Shown here in pieces: positions 12,284 through 26,749 of a stretch of 64,000 bases of DNA (positions within the stretch are counted from its first letter, which is position 1; every line of letters begins with the position of its first letter). The notes beneath the pieces were generated by a model. The model saw only the letters and a list, made by a program, of their open reading frames with translations. It was not told the DNA's origin and ran no database searches. Source of the DNA: Antedon mediterranea. Its lineage: Eukaryota; Animalia; Echinodermata. The stretch is from the NCBI RefSeq assembly GCF_964355755.1, contig NC_092677.1:10872101-10936100 (forward strand), given 5' to 3'. The translations under genes and the position numbers were made by a program.

Positions 12284-13920
12284 ATTCAATTATTCTCCAA
12301 TCAAAACACCTGTTTTAACACTAATAACAACATTCAACAATTATGTATTTTACTGTACCAGAAATTAAATTATAATAAAGTGTAAAAGCTATTATTAAAG
12401 ATACAAAATAAAAAAAATCAAACAATTTTGTGTTTTTTTAAATTTTTATTGTGCGATTTCTAGCATTGTTATACATTACAAAATGTGAATAATATAAAAT
12501 CCCTGAAAAATAGTATAATCTATAAACTGTAACATAAAAATATTTAAACAAAATTATGCTTTTAAAACTAAATATTCTGTGTAAAAAAAACATTACTAAG
12601 GAATGTGCTCATATAAAAACTTAAATATTTAACAATAACATTGTTCTAGCTTTCCTGTTTTTAAGTATGTGCTTTTTCAATCTGCCAAAACAAATTGTCG
12701 TTATAAGGAGGAAAGTTTAGCACCAGCAGGCGGAAGGCACAATCAAATGAAACTTTAAGGATCTCTTTCAGAACACTAATAGTAATATATTTGACGGCAT
12801 TTCCTTACAAAAGCTGATCCTATGTCTTTAAATACCACAATAGGCAGAACCCAGAAGAGGCCACTGGTTTAGCACTCCCAAGAGGCCCTTAACACTGGGT
12901 AGTTGCATTAGACTACTCTGGGGCACGCCCTGGGTTTAACCAGTGAGCGATCGTAGCCGTTACACCACTGGTTAATAATAGGTTAATTTCTGTAGTAATT
13001 TACTATTGTATAATCATTAATATTATATAATATATCTACGGTATAAAGAAACCATGCATACACAATTTACCCTGTTTTTTAATATAAATTTAAGTTACCA
13101 GTTTTGTTAATATGGAAGTAGAAAGCCTTTTTTGCAGTCAGCAAATGTTTTAAATTTTTACTAAGTAGAAGCCAAGATAAAAAATACAATAGCTTAAAAA
13201 TTCACAAACAGATAAAATATGCACTACATACCATACTCCTTTTAAAATATAAAATAATCAACATTAAAAGTGAAGCAGAAATGCTATAATAAAAAAGCTT
13301 TTTCTACACTATATTGCAAATTTGTTATGGTAAAATTGCCACGTAGTCAAAGGTGACAAGTAAATGGGACTCTACTATGTCTAACTAAGAGTACTCGTCA
13401 TAATGACCATTAGCGGCTTTCGATATGCGACAACTTTCAACCCAAGACTTCACGTCATTGAGCTCTGTAAAATCAATTTACATTTGTTCATGAATACCAA
13501 CACCCAGAAGTCTTAAATTGGCCTTGACAAAAATGGTCAAACTCAACATATGCACATAGTACATCCATATGTCCTAGGACTAGGTCTTTGTAAAATCAAA
13601 AGCTCCCTATTTTATTGCACATGGGACCAATGCTAAAAGTCAGCACATACAAATGGTATGATGTATCATTTTGACGAATTCGGACTTTGTACACACAAAG
13701 TCAAATTCTTTATCACCTCGATCTCTCAATTTTTATTTATCCTAACAAGCCTCTCAAAACTAGTTTAAACTAAAATATAAATAAATAAAATAAATTTCAA
13801 AATTTGTGTTTACTAATTATATAATATTCATTTGCAATAATTTCTTGTTTACAGGTGAGTCACATGATAAAATCACTTTTGTGAAAATCTTAAATTTGTA
13901 ATTACTAATACTGTCAGTTA

Positions 13921-14010
13921 AAACCCCTCCTTTGGGGGAACCCCCTCCTTTGGGGAACCCCTTATTTGAGGAACCCCTCCTTTGGAGAATCCCTCCTTTG
14001 GGAGACCCCT
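13921..14010. repeat. Short minisatellite, ~5 copies of a 17-18-bp unit
   Basis: aacccctcctttggggg-like units in tandem. Confidence 0.75.
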
Positions 14011-15274
14011 GTGAAAATACTGTATATAATAGATTTAGATTTTAAAACCAATAAAAATAGATACATTGTTGTCTATTCTATAAAACAACACTTTGATATT
14101 GCCAATGTTATTAGCTTGTAAACAAATTTTCCTGTAAACAAATGGTATAAAAGATATCTTTCACAACCTTTAGGAATTTCATATTTATATTAATATTAAT
14201 TTTATATAATTTACATTACATGGAATACACAAACTTGAATATTAGGATTAGGAATATTATAAATGTTATGGAAGAAATTCTATAATATTAAATAGGCTAA
14301 TGCACACAAAATATAGCACACACTTGAAATAACAAAAACCCTAATTGATTTGAACCTAACCTTTTATCTGTGAAGGGATGGTGCTAATATATACATATAA
14401 TAATATCATTATTATAATACTGTAATAAATTATAATATTACGGTAATTGTATTTTTAATATTTATTATTAACAATTATTAAATGATACTATTAATATAAA
14501 AAAACCTATAATTTTTCATAATTATTATTTCTAATATAATTTTATGAAACTTGATAATACCTATGGGCTAATTCTACACAAAATATACAAAGCACACGTG
14601 ATACATTTAATTATCAGTGCCCATCTCTGTAAGCACCATCAAAACACCAATACGCACTAGATGTGTATAAAAGTGCAACACAAGCCTACAAAACTTTTAG
14701 AGCACCAATATCTATGTGAATAACTATTTCAATGCAAACATTTATAAAAGATAATACTACTGTAGTCCACTAATTGAAGACTTCATTTATCTGAAACTCT
14801 ATAAAAGTTATTAAAGTTTTCAAGATTCCACAAGACACCTCCAATATAAATAGAGGGGAATTGCAAACAGTTGATTGAGTGGGTATAGTGACATAAATAC
14901 ACAGTTGGTGGGGGGGGGGGGGGGGGGGCACTTTCCTATCTTATAAGAGAGCAGTTTCACAAATCGCTTTGGGGGCCTCAGTGTATGAGAAATTAGATTG
15001 TACTCCTTGTGCCCACTATTGCGTACTAGGTTAGGCCTAGCCTTTCCACTCTGGTAGGTTAATATTCTCTTTTGTATATTGTTGTTTTTACATACTTTTT
15101 AACGTTACTGCATACAAAACATAGAAAGATCCTCTTTGTTTACAATGTATACCCAACTCATCAACGTTCACTATTTCCCCCTATAAAACTTACCAATAAT
15201 GATCATAGTGTTACGGGCATGTACATCCCTCCGAGGGTATCGCAAACGTAAGGAAACTTTAGGGGGTCATATCC

Positions 15275-17996
15275 TTAATATGCGAGGTCTGTTCCTGTAC
15301 CTTGATCGACTCCACCTCCTTCCCCCACCCCCACATCATGCTTCTCTGGCTCCTTACTACGTTCATAATCAGGAACAGCGGTTACAGTTGTGGTTGTAGC
15401 GGTAGTGGTTCTTGATGCTGATTGACGGTCACGTACAGCTAAGAACAAACGAAAACTGAAAAAACAGCTAGTAGCAAAGAGCAAAGTCAAAACCCATGCC
15501 AACAACTATAAAAGAAAATCATATATAATTGATTAAACACTTGCAATTAACAAATTTGATTTGTTGGGTTCCTAGAATTAGTTTTTCACATAGAATGTGC
15601 TATTTACTCATGCATGCAATTTAACTTAAACAAATTTTAACAATAGACTACCCTAAATTTGATCAAATTGTGAGTCTAACTTCTTTAAAGCTCTGGGCCA
15701 AATTTTCATACTTACAGTGCAAAAGACAAGTTTTCCATGCTCTGTGGTGTTGCTATAATATTGCGCCCTCACTGAGGTAATAATAGCGGCAATGAAGAAA
15801 AGGCAAGCAAACACAAAGTTAGAAATCAGTTCCTATATTGAAAAGAAAAAAAGTATAACATCAGTTTAGTTAGTTTGCTTATAAAATATCTTGAAAATCC
15901 TTCCTAAAACTCTTTAAAAGAAATAGACATTTTTATTACATTTATACTAGGTTTATTAAATGTTTTGTTGATTTGAATGACCCATCTTTCCTTGAGTGGA
16001 ACATCTAAATCTCTGTCCACACTATTAAACTGGTTTGACAAAAAAAAAAGTACCATATAAATAAGGTAGCGATATGACATCATCATCTCCATATATGGCC
16101 ACATCAAATCTTTTTGTCACATAAACTTTGATAGTGTAGACAGAGCTTTACTCCGAGGGAGAGGCGACCAGATCACCTCCCCAGAACCCTCTATTTCACA
16201 AGAAGTACAAAATACTGTGTATGTACTGGTATGTAACCAGCTTACCGATAATTCCCAAGCAATGAAAGGGACTTTCTTGTTGAGCTGAAGTAGAAAGATT
16301 ACAAAGTACATAATAGCAGTTATCATCGCAGTCAGTCCGACAAATATCATAAAACCAAGCTTGTGGCTGCTAACAGCACAAAGGATCACCCAGTAGAGAA
16401 AACTCAATACCTAAATAAAACAAAAAACAATTCGCAGAAATGTACTTTAAAATCATCAGTCAGAAATTGTTCTATGTGCACACCAGGGACTAATTTCACT
16501 CTTCTCTGGTGTGCACACTAGGGACTAAATTCACTCTTCCCTGGTGTGCACACTAGGGTCTAAATTCACTCTTCCCTGGTGTGCACACTAGGGACTAAAT
16601 TCACTCTTCCCTGGTGTGCACACTAGGGACTAAATTCACTCTTCCCTGGTGTGCACACCAGGGACTAATTTCACTCTTCCTGGTGTTGTTGTTTAATTGG
16701 ATTGTATTGGAAAATTATTCTTGATTATTGTTTTATGCTCTCAAAACATATGTATCAACAAACAAATTAGTAGTAGTAGTTGCTATTGTCAAAAAAAAAC
16801 TTGCAAGGTAAACAATATTTTCCCACACAGATTCAGGTAAGCGGAATTCCATCAGTTGATTAGGTGTGGCTTGTGATAATTGTACCTTTCACAAGTAATT
16901 TAAAAACATGCAGATATTCTGCATGTTTTTAAATTACTAAATTACTTGTGAAATCATCAGTCCAGACGAAATTATCATTTAATTCCACTTGCCATTTGAT
17001 TGGTTAATTACTGAAAGCATGGAGTTATTCTTTACTCCATGCTGAAAGTGACATTCAATGGTGATAATGAATGATACTATTGAATGTTAAGCTTTTTGCA
17101 AAATGAAGTGCTGCCTCTCGACAATGATTATGGAAGCAGTACAGTTGATTATATATTTTCAGTGTGGAGGTTTGATGTTGTGATACAGAGAAAATTGCCC
17201 ACTGACACTGAGTACACAGTGTTAATTGTATACTACGATGAGTCATACTCCATTGTGTGCCACTTCCCTGTATCACTTACTGTAATATTCCAATTTTTCG
17301 TTATGGATGGCAAATAATCCAATATAAAATTTTCCCTCGAGACTGAGAGTAGTGATAAAAAAATAATGACTTTTACGCACCATTTATCCTCCAATACAAT
17401 TTCACAATTCACACTCTATAGTAGACTCGTATGCATGTATTAATAAATTTAAAAAACATTACCAAGATCAGGAATATAGTTATTTATTAATTATTAATAT
17501 TGATTATAATATAATTATTATTATTAATTAGTCACGGAATTGGAATTAAAATAGTAAATGAATGCACCACTAAAAAAACAATAAATGCCACACATATACT
17601 GAAAACCGTGCCAATATAGCCTCATCCGTGTTGGATAAAAATAATTATTGAGGCCATCTCGGCAAACTACTAAAACTACTAAATGAAAAAAATAAAGACT
17701 CAGGTGTTTATATTATATTATATTACACTAAAGCAAATATAACAGAATAATGTTTATATCGTATATTTACACATACATATACCTCCATGAACTAATAAGG
17801 TAGGACTTTACTATACTAGCCAGCTAGGCCCAACATCCACACTTACGATTTCGAGGATGCGAAGAACTGATGGAATTGAGCGTAGGTATGCTTGGTCAAC
17901 AGCGATACGCCCACCGCTACTGTTTGAGTTTGCAGTGGTGTGATAAGTCGAAGTCGTAGTAGTTGTTTGAATTGTATCGGGAAATTGGTTATCCAT
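15275..17996 (-). CDS. MARVEL-domain tetraspan membrane protein (plasmolipin/CMTM/MAL family), paralogue A, ~220 aa; exons 17847-17996, 16246-16410, 15716-15832, 15275-15505
   Basis: MDNQFPDT..D.AYLRSIPSVLRILEI/VLSFLYWVIL..GFMIFVG..IAWELS/ELISNFVFACLFFIAAII..HGKLVFCT/LLAWVLTLLFA. It has four hydrophobic helices and the YLRS..G/S.LR..E start typical of MARVEL proteins. All introns are phase-0 GT-AG. Confidence 0.85.
16476..16685. repeat. 35-bp tandem repeat, ~6 copies, in intron 1 of MARVEL paralogue A
   Basis: Unit gtgcacactagggactaaattcactcttccctggt. Confidence 0.9.
16684..16875 (-). pseudogene. Decayed duplicate of the paralogue-A promoter, 5'UTR and start of exon 1
   Basis: Aligns to ~17958-18155 (ttgattattgttttatgctc..aaacaaattagtagta..cttgcaaggtaaacaatat..tcccacacaga). 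The ATG region is deleted. Confidence 0.75.
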
Positions 17997-20520
17997 CTTG
18001 ATTATTGTTTTATGCTCACAAACCGTACGTATCACCAAACAAATTAGTAGTAATTACTATTGTCAAAAAAACTTGCAAGGTAAACAATATTATTTTCCCA
18101 CACAGAAGTCAAAGATCCCCAGGTACGCGAAATTCCATTGTCCGATTAGGTGGCGCTATAACTTTTAATATGTGTTTAGCTGGAATTCATTACTAATTAA
18201 TTTAGAATAATTATTATAAAATATTAATTTTATTGCGCTGCCATTATGCTGTGTCCAGGTATTTATCTTTCTGATTTTTAATATTTTATAGTACAATAAA
18301 AAAGATACCAATAGTTGATTAGATTTAATAGGTGTATTTGGTGCAAGAGTCAGTTAAGGTTTCCTCTAATATATATTATTATTACTTGCCAATTATCAAG
18401 GAACCTCTCTGGATACAAATTGTAACATTTTTTGTTTATATTTTATATTAATAATAAATGACTGTGTAAAAATAGCTATTGCCTGAAATAGCTACACATC
18501 TCCAAAACACATCTTCATTATTTAATAGAATGAAATACACAACAGAACAAAGACACTGTTGTCTCTACAGAGTTTATTCAACAATATGCCAATATTTAAA
18601 TACATTGTATTATTTAAAATGTAATACATGTACACAGTATTTTACTGTTATATAAAATAACCAACTACTACAGTACAAAACTACATATTATATTTATAAG
18701 TTCTAGTAATGCTAGGTTTGCGGTACACGATGCAGGTTTTCCAAACAGGAAGAGATTGTCTCAACATTTCGGTTGATTTGCTACAAACCATCCCTTCCGG
18801 AAAACCTACATGGTGTACCACAAACATAAGATACAAGTATGTTATAACATATAGAATAAAACTTATTTTACCTGTCTATACTGATCTCTACTAGTCCAAT
18901 AAAACACATGCATTTTCTAAAAGAACTATTGGGTGGCAAGTACATATATAGAGTGATGAATAAATATTTCAATTTTTGCTTATTTACTTCTGAATATATA
19001 TATACTACCTATGTAAAGTTCATGTACAAGTTTAAATTTTAACCAACTTTTTTTGAAAATCATTTCATATCATGAGGTATTATTAAGCGTGTTAACATGT
19101 GCGTATTGACAAATATAATGTTTTTGATAAAAGGTAAACCAGTAAATGTTTTCCTTCACCCTATTCATTTGAAAAGTTTATATAAAACCAATAAATACAT
19201 AACATTCTGGTAGAAAATGGAGATTTAAAAAAATATAAGTTAAACAAAAATAGAAGTAACCCTTTACTAATCTAACAATACTATAATATACTAGTACTGT
19301 ATATCGGAAAAAACAGACCTCTTTCTTTTATAGTGTAATTAATGAACTAATAATAATAAAAAGTATGTTTTTTTTGTATACAAATTTAGATAATTTGATC
19401 CGTTATTCATAAAAAGTGTTAAAGCATCTAAATGGCCATTATGGTTTATGCATGATACAACATATTAGCAGATCTTCCACAGGTTTAGTTATTTTTTCTT
19501 TTTACTAGAACTACAGTGTAGATTCCATCTCAAGTATATTTATGACACGCCACGTGTGCCAAAATGTTTTTCTTTTACAAATATTAAGCCGAATCGCAGT
19601 CTGTAACCTACACTACATATTAAAGGACAACCTTACAGAGAACCATATTTTGACAACATATTAGGGATGTACATATGAATTCAGAACAATTTCGAGATTT
19701 ATGATATCGCCGTGCACGAAAATTACTTGTAAACACACTTTTTAAAATAAATCTTAAAAATATAAATGTTAAATTTTGTTGTTGTTTCTTTTGCCTATCT
19801 GGATATTGAAGTGTTTTTTCAAAATAACAGCCTAATAACATTTTGGCAAATTTAAGCCTAATGCAGGTAAAATTAGCAATTGAAATGACGGGTACCTATC
19901 TCATGAGGTAGATTTTGCCAAGCACACTTGATGTCACAGTAATTTACGGCTGTACGAGCGCGCGCAGAAATATCATACATCCCTAATACATCGTCAAAAT
20001 AGGGTTCTTGAGAAAGTTGTCCTTTAAGATATCAAGGCGTATTCTACTGTACTGTAGGTTGCTATTAAAAGGGGTGGGTATCAGCTGGTTAAGCTATGTG
20101 GACCTTACAACTCTTCCCCTAACACATGTACAGGTCTAGATATTAGCACATAGTTTGGTTTTAGACATGTGTATCATATTCATTATATCATTTATATACA
20201 GTATTTAAAATGCAAGAAATGTAAGCTTAAGCAAGGTTTGTTTTTGGGGCAAGCATAAAGGCCAAGTTACACGATGAGCAGTAACGGCAAGCGCAATACC
20301 CTATCCTCAGCAGAAACTGCCCGGCGGCTCTGTGCTTTGTGTAATGGTCATAAAGAATAACATAGATTCTATATTTTTAATACAGTTACCCCTCGTCTGT
20401 GTAAATTGGCCTCAGGTGGCACATTTATCTAAAATCAATGTTCCACAATATGTTGACAGGTGCAATGTTTACCCATTAAATGTGTACATAAAAGAACATT
20501 GCAACCTGTTGAATAAACAA

Positions 20521-20922
20521 CACTCTGTCCAAACGGCATACAGTAAAGTACTGTATACCACAGCACTCTGTACAAATGACATACAGTAAAGTACTGTATC
20601 CCACAGCACTCTGTGCAAACGGCATACAGTAAAGTACTGTATCCCACAGCACTCTCTACAAACGGCATACAGTAAAGTACTGTATCCCACAGCACTCTGT
20701 ACTAACGGCATACAGTAAAGTACTGTATCCCACAGCACACTGTACTAACGGCATACAGTAATGTACTGTATCCCACAGCACTCTGTACTAACGGCATACA
20801 GTAAAGTACTGTATCCCACAGCACTCTGTACTAACGGCATACAGTAAAGTACTGTATCCCACAGCACTCTGTACTAACGGCATACAGTAAAGTACTGTAT
20901 CCCACAGCACTCCAAACAGCAT
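20521..20922. repeat. 43-bp minisatellite, ~9 copies, just downstream of the MARVEL paralogue B stop codon
   Basis: Unit acggcatacagtaaagtactgtatcccacagcactctgtacta, with the internal palindrome atacagta-aag-tactgtat. Confidence 0.93.
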
Positions 20923-21093
20923 ACATGATATTCTTTATGCCAGTACTGTAGTAAAGTATACCACAACACAATGAAATGTAAAGTAGGCTTTACCAATGTA
21001 CAGGGTGACTGAGGTACATAGATTGAAAACAGAGACAGAAACAAGACAATTGATACAAAGAGAAGAGAAGTCAAATTAGTACAAAATTCTGAT

Positions 21094-23512
21094 TCAAATA
21101 CTGTATGCAGGTGGTGGGCCGTAGGGATCCACCTTCTCAGGGTATTGTTGCTGGTGGGCACTTTCAACAACCATTACAGTGGTGTTTGTTGTGGTGGTAG
21201 TTTTTGTTGTGGCTGGACGTCCACCTCCACTACGCCTCTGACAATATGCTGTACAAGAGTGGTAGCTCAGATATAAACTTGCAGCATACAGTAAAAGCAA
21301 TATCCAGGCAAGGAGCTGTAGAATATTAAAATATACATTCAAAATACATTCACTGCAAACAAAATCAGAAGTTACGCCCTGTACGCTTAGGATTCCTAAT
21401 TCTTTCATAAACCGCAATTCTTTGACAACCTAATTATTTGGATCAGTCCATTTTCAGAGGGTTGGTGGTACAATACAAGATTTATAGTGGAGCAGTAGCT
21501 TAGTGGTTTATATGCTTGCTTTCATATCTCAAATCCAGGGTTCAATCCTATCTTTTTACTCTATTCCTTAAGCCTCAAATGTGCACCGCACGGTCAGGGT
21601 TCAATCCTGTCTATGCCAGGTAACTCATGACTATTCCTAAGTCTCATTTAAGGCTTAGGGCGTAAGTTATAGTTTATCCATTGAAGAGAATTCAACAATA
21701 TAATATAAATAAAAATATGATACATTTAGTACTTACAGTGCAAAATACAAGTTTTCCGTGAGCAGTATATCCTCTGGATTGTCCAGCTTCAACAGAGGTA
21801 AGAATAGCTGACAAAAGGTACAGGCCTGTCATCACACAGTGCAATATAAATTCCTGCGGTGAGAAAAAGATACCATAGTTTTTATTGTTATGTCAAAAAG
21901 AGTGTCCCCTCTCGATTAATGCATCTTTGGACACAATATTTGTAGCTGTGAGTAAGAGGCTTGAGAAATTGGAAGTTACTAAAAATATAACAGCCCGTCA
22001 CCAATCGCACTTAAGTGAGATACTGTATTTCCCTTAAATATGGGAAAGTATTTCACTTAATAAATATTTATTAAATATTTCCTTAAATTTTATTCACTTG
22101 GATAGAATATTTTTATTAATTTTAAGAGTACAGTGAGGGTTTCTTAGCCTAAGTTTGAATGGTGAATACGACAGGAAAATATGTTGGGAAAATGTTGTGG
22201 CATCAAAACTACAAATTCACTGGCTTCATTGTATGTACAATATAATGAAAAGAACATTTACCTAGTAAGCCCATCAGCCTTCATTAGAAAAGGTCACATT
22301 CATTTTGACTCACTTTATCTGTATTCTGTGTCTTTACATGTGTAAACTGACTTTGGGGTTGGGTCAACCGGCTCAGCTACAGTGATTAAGTTCACTTAGG
22401 TTGACCCTGGTCTTCCCAATTTCATTTTTTTTTGTTATGTACATATTGAAATAGACCGAATAAATAATGAAAGGATATATTGTTACATCGAGGCATTAAA
22501 TTTTAGTTTTTATACTTGCTTTTAAAGTGGTATTCGGAACAAAAATGATTAAAATTGTAATTTTAAAGCATAATTAACTTACAGACATTTCCCAAGCGAT
22601 GAATGTAATTTTCTCATTGATTCTGAATAGAAAAACGACAAAATAGATGCCTGTTTGTATCATTGAGCATATTCCAACAGTAACCATGAATCCTAAATCC
22701 CACCAATCTGCTGCTACCAGAATTACCCAATAAAAGAATGCTAATATCTGGAGGAAAAAGCACAAACATACATGTTACTTGTCTCTGAACAGTTTAGCAA
22801 TTAACAAAAATATGTTTTATATAAATTTATATACAAAACTAGGCCTACTACGTCGATTGATCAAAAGACAATCATTTTAACTTTGTTTAAAATGTAGACA
22901 GAAGGATGATTAAAAAAAATGTTTTGTGTTTGCTGGGTAATAATATAGTCTAGGCCTCTAGGCCTAGATTATGCATCGAAGTGGGATCCCTGCCGTGTAA
23001 TTGTTACGGTTTTTGTAAGAATTCAGATTTAATTCTCATTCTCTTATTTATTCTTTAAAAAAATTATTAAAGGATTGTCAAATAATGTTTTTATTTTTAA
23101 CCTTGAATTATTAATAACAACAAACAAACAGTATTTATTTAATAATTTATGACATTATGGATCTTGATCCCATTATTATTAATGATTTGAGAGCAATTTA
23201 GTCAGATCTAATTACGAATTAGTAGGACCCTACTAATACGTAATAGGATAATACTTAACCAGTACAGTATTATTAACCAGTAATTAGAAAAGAGCTTTTT
23301 GGTCAGTACACTACAGTAGAAGCTAGGCCCAATGAGATTCTTACAATTACGATGATGTTTATAATGCCGGGGCGTGACCGCAGATATGCCCGGTCCATGT
23401 TATCGAAGATAGATCCCTGGTTTCGCCGCGTTTGATATCCATCGTCGGTAGTCCCTGTCGTTGTTGTGGTCGTAGTAGTATGGATTGTATCTGGAAATTC
23501 GTTATCCACCAT
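21094..23512 (-). CDS. MARVEL-domain tetraspan membrane protein, paralogue B, ~223 aa; exons 23345-23512, 22583-22747, 21737-21853, 21094-21315
   Basis: MVDNEFPDTIHTTT..DRAYLRSRPGIINIIVI/ILAFFYWVIL..FIAWEMS/EFILHCVMTGLYLLSAIL..HGKLVFCT/LLAWILLLLYA..PYGPPPAYSI*. The internal exon sizes (165 and 117 nt) are identical to paralogue A. Confidence 0.87.
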
Positions 23513-24612
23513 GTCTATGCTTTTTGGAAAATAGTAGTAGTAGATACACTAAAAACGTGTCACTGTCCGTAATTTTAACGGCAAGAAAACTGATTCTAGC
23601 TAGCCAGCCTAGTAGGCCTATCTCCTTTGTGATGATGATCGATAAACCACTAAAAAAGTACTCTACACAGTAGGCCGCTATGTCCCTGCTGTTCATTGGC
23701 CCATCCCAAATGAAACTGTCCATGATTGCTGCGTTTTGATTGGCCAATGGTCACATCATATATAAAATCAAAGCAAGAACTCAAAAGCACGTGATGGCAT
23801 GTGCATTTCTCCGATCTAGTACTTGTCAAATTTGTATTTTCTGCTCTAAATTTAATTATTACCAAAAACAAAACAAAAACAAATCAAAACAAAGGTTAAT
23901 ATAATAGATTAAGACTTGGTATCCGGCTGCAATTAGCTTACGTGGTTTATTTTAGGCTTCTCTTCCTTACACGGTGCTCTTTTATTTTCATAAAATTCAT
24001 TTTTGTTATCAAATCTGGGATTGTTTAAACAGTTTTTATACTTATCAAAATGTTGAATGTATTTCCCCTCAAATAACACTAGTGATAAAAGTGACTTTTG
24101 ACGTGTTGTATAAAATATTTGTTTCATAAAACTGACTTTTGAATGCGGCGGCAACTTCAACTTTGGAGACACACTTCTTTTAGTGCTAGAGTTAACAGTT
24201 AAAAAGTACCAGTATAAACCTATATCTTTAGTTGGTAGAGGTTAGATAAATTTTAGATGCGTAGTTTGCTATTATATTTTCTATATACTTACATATCAAG
24301 CATTAAATGACGCTTAAATTGAATGTTCCCATTATATAAATTTAGCCTTGTAGACTATTCCTAATGTTAGGCCATAAGTTATATAAAATTCCTACAATCA
24401 AATAAGTAAATAATGAAACCTCTATTTTATTAGGCCTACTCGTTAGTTTAATAGATAAGCTGTATTGTACTAATGATAGCTCGCTTTAAACTTTAAATTC
24501 ACATTTTCTAATAGTTTTGTCTAGTATAAAAATAAGTAGGCCTAGTTATGCACATTTTGAACCCTTTTTATACATAATTATATTTAATGTTAATGATTTA
24601 AACTCCTGTGCC

Positions 24613-25186
24613 TAAAACGTGGTTCCCACTAGCGACGCAACACAAAGACGTAACGCAACGCAAGTGAATTGACCAATCACAAGCGATGGCTTATTCGCTT
24701 GTTATTGCTAAAGCGTGGTTCCCACTTAAGCTTGGTTCCCACTAGAACGTAACGTAACTATAACTTCGCTTGTCATTGGTTAAAACGCTTGCGTTGCGTT
24801 TACGTCCTTGCGTTACGTTCTAGTGGGAACCAAGCTTGAGCGACGCAACACAAGGACGTAACGCAACGCAAGTGAATTTACCAATCACAAGCGATGGCTT
24901 ATTGGCTTGTGATTGCTAACTGTCTATAACTTTGCTTGTCATTGGTTAAAACGCTTGCGTTGCGTTTACGTCCTTGCGTTACGTTCTAGTGGGAACCAAG
25001 CTTAAAGCGTGGTTCCCACTAGCGACGCAACACAAGGACGTAACGCAACGCAAGTTTGACCAATCACAAGCGATGGCTTATTCGCTTGTGATTCTAACAA
25101 CTGTCTTTAACTTCGCTTGTCATTGGTTAAAACGCTTGCGTTGCGTTTCCGTCCTTGCGTTACGTTCTAGTGGGAACCAAGCTTTA
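24613..25186. mobile_element. Cluster of nested and tandem PIF/Harbinger-like MITEs (~175-bp family)
   Basis: Repeated TIRs AGCGTGGTTCCCACTAG / CTAGTGGGAACCAAGCT, mostly joined at TAA/TTA. Same family as 54638-54811. Confidence 0.85.
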
Positions 25187-26749
25187 ATCTACTAAATTCA
25201 GTTGAGTTAAAATACGTTTTTGATAGCCTTGCATTAATTTTCTAATATTAGTCCTTTTAGACCGGCAGCCCAGAGACATTTGGTTAGATGAGCTAGGTAC
25301 CAATATCTGACTATTTGAGTGTGTTGGGGGTCACTTGAAGTGAATGAAAATGGGAGTCTGCCGGGTACCCCCTGCTGCGTCTAGACCGGGGGGACCCCGA
25401 AACGTGCTAAAAAATCGGCACAGGTTAGATGAGAAAGATACCACCCAATTTTACCACCATGGGATGCCCATTGGCATCCTTATAACAGTATCACAAACGA
25501 CAGACTTTTTCTCTGCTGCAAAAGGCCCGCCAGACCCCCTGAGGGAGGGCCTAAAATGGGGTTAGCATAGATGAGTGAGGTACCACTCAAAATCAATTCC
25601 AAACGAACAAGTTGTGTTCATACAATACTAAATGGATAACAACAGACTAATTGTCTGCTGCACCGCAAGTGCCAGACACCCCAAAGTTAGACTAGAGGCC
25701 CCCCTTCCCCCAACTAACCCAGCTTAGATATTGTAGATACCACCAGCAACCAATGTTATATGATTTAGCACATTGTAAGCAATACCAAATGACCTATTAC
25801 AGACTATCTGAACACTGCCCTGGCCCTGGCAGACCCCTCTAAAGTTAGACTAGAAACCCTCTTTCCCCAACTAGCCCAGCTTAGATATTGTAGATACCAC
25901 CAGCAACCAATGTTATGATTTAGCACATTGTAAGAAATCACCAAATGACCTATTACAAACTATCTGTACACTGCCTTGACCCTGGCAGACCCCTCTAAAG
26001 TTCGACTAGAGACTCCATTCCCCCAACTGGCCTAGCTTAGATATTGTTGATACCACCAGCAACCAATGTTATAATTATGATTTAGCACATTGTAAGCAAT
26101 ACAAAATGACCTATAACAGACTATCTGTACACTGCCTTGGCACTGGCAGACCCCTCTAAAGTTCCCCCATTTACCCCAAGTATATAGCCTACCTTAGATA
26201 TTGTAGATACCACCAGCAGCAAAAAAATAACCACCCAAAACAACATGTTTAATTGAATAAAGTTTAACTTTAATCGAACTAACACAAAACAATTGAAAAT
26301 ATATCAATGACGATAAAATGACCATTACCATTCTAAAGGGGAAAATAGTTTAAGAGTTTCAATTAAAACTTATATAATTATAAGCCAAATATATATAACA
26401 AGTATGGATTCGGGTAAATTTAGCATTCCTTGCCTTTGGATGTCAAAGATACATCCGTCTGTAACTCTTGGACATATTTTGAGAGAAAGCTTAGTAATCA
26501 CCCTAATCAAATTCAGGATGGTAGTAACTTAATCTAAAGTGATTTGATTAATTAATAGTGGGTAATTTTAAATGCTGTATATTATAATCTTAATCCTGTA
26601 TTCATATGTATATATATATATTTATAAATCCAAAGGCAAATTACTGAAAAAATGACAATGCTGTGGGTATCAGTGGCTGGATCTCAATGGAGATACAAAA
26701 AAAAAAGCGAAAAGCTAAATCAAAACGATAAAGTAAACAGCCAGAAAAG

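Noticed and set aside
20435-20922. Cys/Tyr-rich repetitive ORFs, and the 43-bp array as a CRISPR-like locus
   Set aside because: The units are contiguous with no unique spacers, the context is eukaryotic with no cas genes, and the ORFs are by-products of the repeat. The same applies to the 35-bp array at 16476-16685.
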